Of a DNA stretch of 64,000 nt, positions 63,256 to 64,000 are shown piece after piece. Below the pieces are notes generated by a model. That model saw only the letters and a program-made list of their open reading frames with translations. It was not told the origin of the DNA and did no database searches. The stretch comes from the human T2T-CHM13v2.0 reference genome, Homo sapiens: assembly GCF_009914755.1 (NCBI RefSeq), contig NC_060940.1, one strand, 5' to 3'. Within the stretch, counting starts at the first letter, position 1, and every line of letters starts with the position of its first letter. The translations under genes and the position numbers were made by a program.

Positions 63256-63338
63256 GTAAGTACTGGTACATTACATTTTACACTTCATATTCTGTGGCCT
63301 GTTTAAAAGAGTCACCATTACTGATTTTCTTTTCTTAG

Positions 63339-63394
63339 ATATCACCTGGAGTGATGATTGATACAGAAGAATTTTTTGTAAAATACAAGAATTA
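63339..63394 (+). CDS. CHD9: CHD9 coding exon, 56 nt (ISPGVMIDTEEFFVKYKN(Y)), chromodomain 1 core
   Basis: ttttcttttcttag| acceptor and TA|gtaagt donor; carries the EEFFVKYKNY chromodomain motif. Confidence 0.96.
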
Positions 63395-63594
63395 GTAAGT
63401 ATTTGAGTTAGAAAAATAAAAGAAAGATGTTGATTTACATATAAATTAATATATTTAATAAATTAAAATTATGATTTTCATTTTATCCACATTTTTATGA
63501 TAATTTTTATTATTTATACCTGCATAACTCAAGAATCATTAAAAAGTGGAAAAGGGCCCATTTGAAAACCTTTCATGTTAAAATTGAATGATTT

Positions 63595-63946
<352 letters not shown>

Positions 63947-64000
63947 TTATAAAATATGCTTTTATAATTTATAGACAGCATTCATTGTATTGTTGAACTT

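Overview
Primate (human-like) AT-rich, Alu-dense genomic DNA lying inside the CHD9 chromatin-remodeller gene on the + strand. The first ~45 kb is the 3' part of one very long intron. Five internal coding exons follow (45275-45606, 58435-58546, 62157-62303, 63187-63255, 63339-63394). They have GT-AG ends and consistent phases, and encode a Lys-rich segment and the start of chromodomain 1. The rest is about 45 Alu/FLAM/FAM copies, old L1, L2 and MIR fragments, MLT1 and MER21-like LTRs, a MADE1 MITE and a full-length sense-oriented THE1 element. The most striking signal is a candidate internal promoter and alternative first exon ~1.1 kb upstream of the 45275 exon. Its ATG at 44111 reads MSSVKRPRGR up to a perfect AGG|GTAAGT donor and splices in frame to PPSSKK, building an HMGA-type AT-hook (KRPRGRP) across the junction. 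The THE1 3' LTR independently keeps a DUX4 motif, a Kozak ATG and an in-frame donor. Two candidate poison exons lie between the 58435 and 62157 exons. Repeat subfamily labels and old-repeat boundaries are by eye and approximate.
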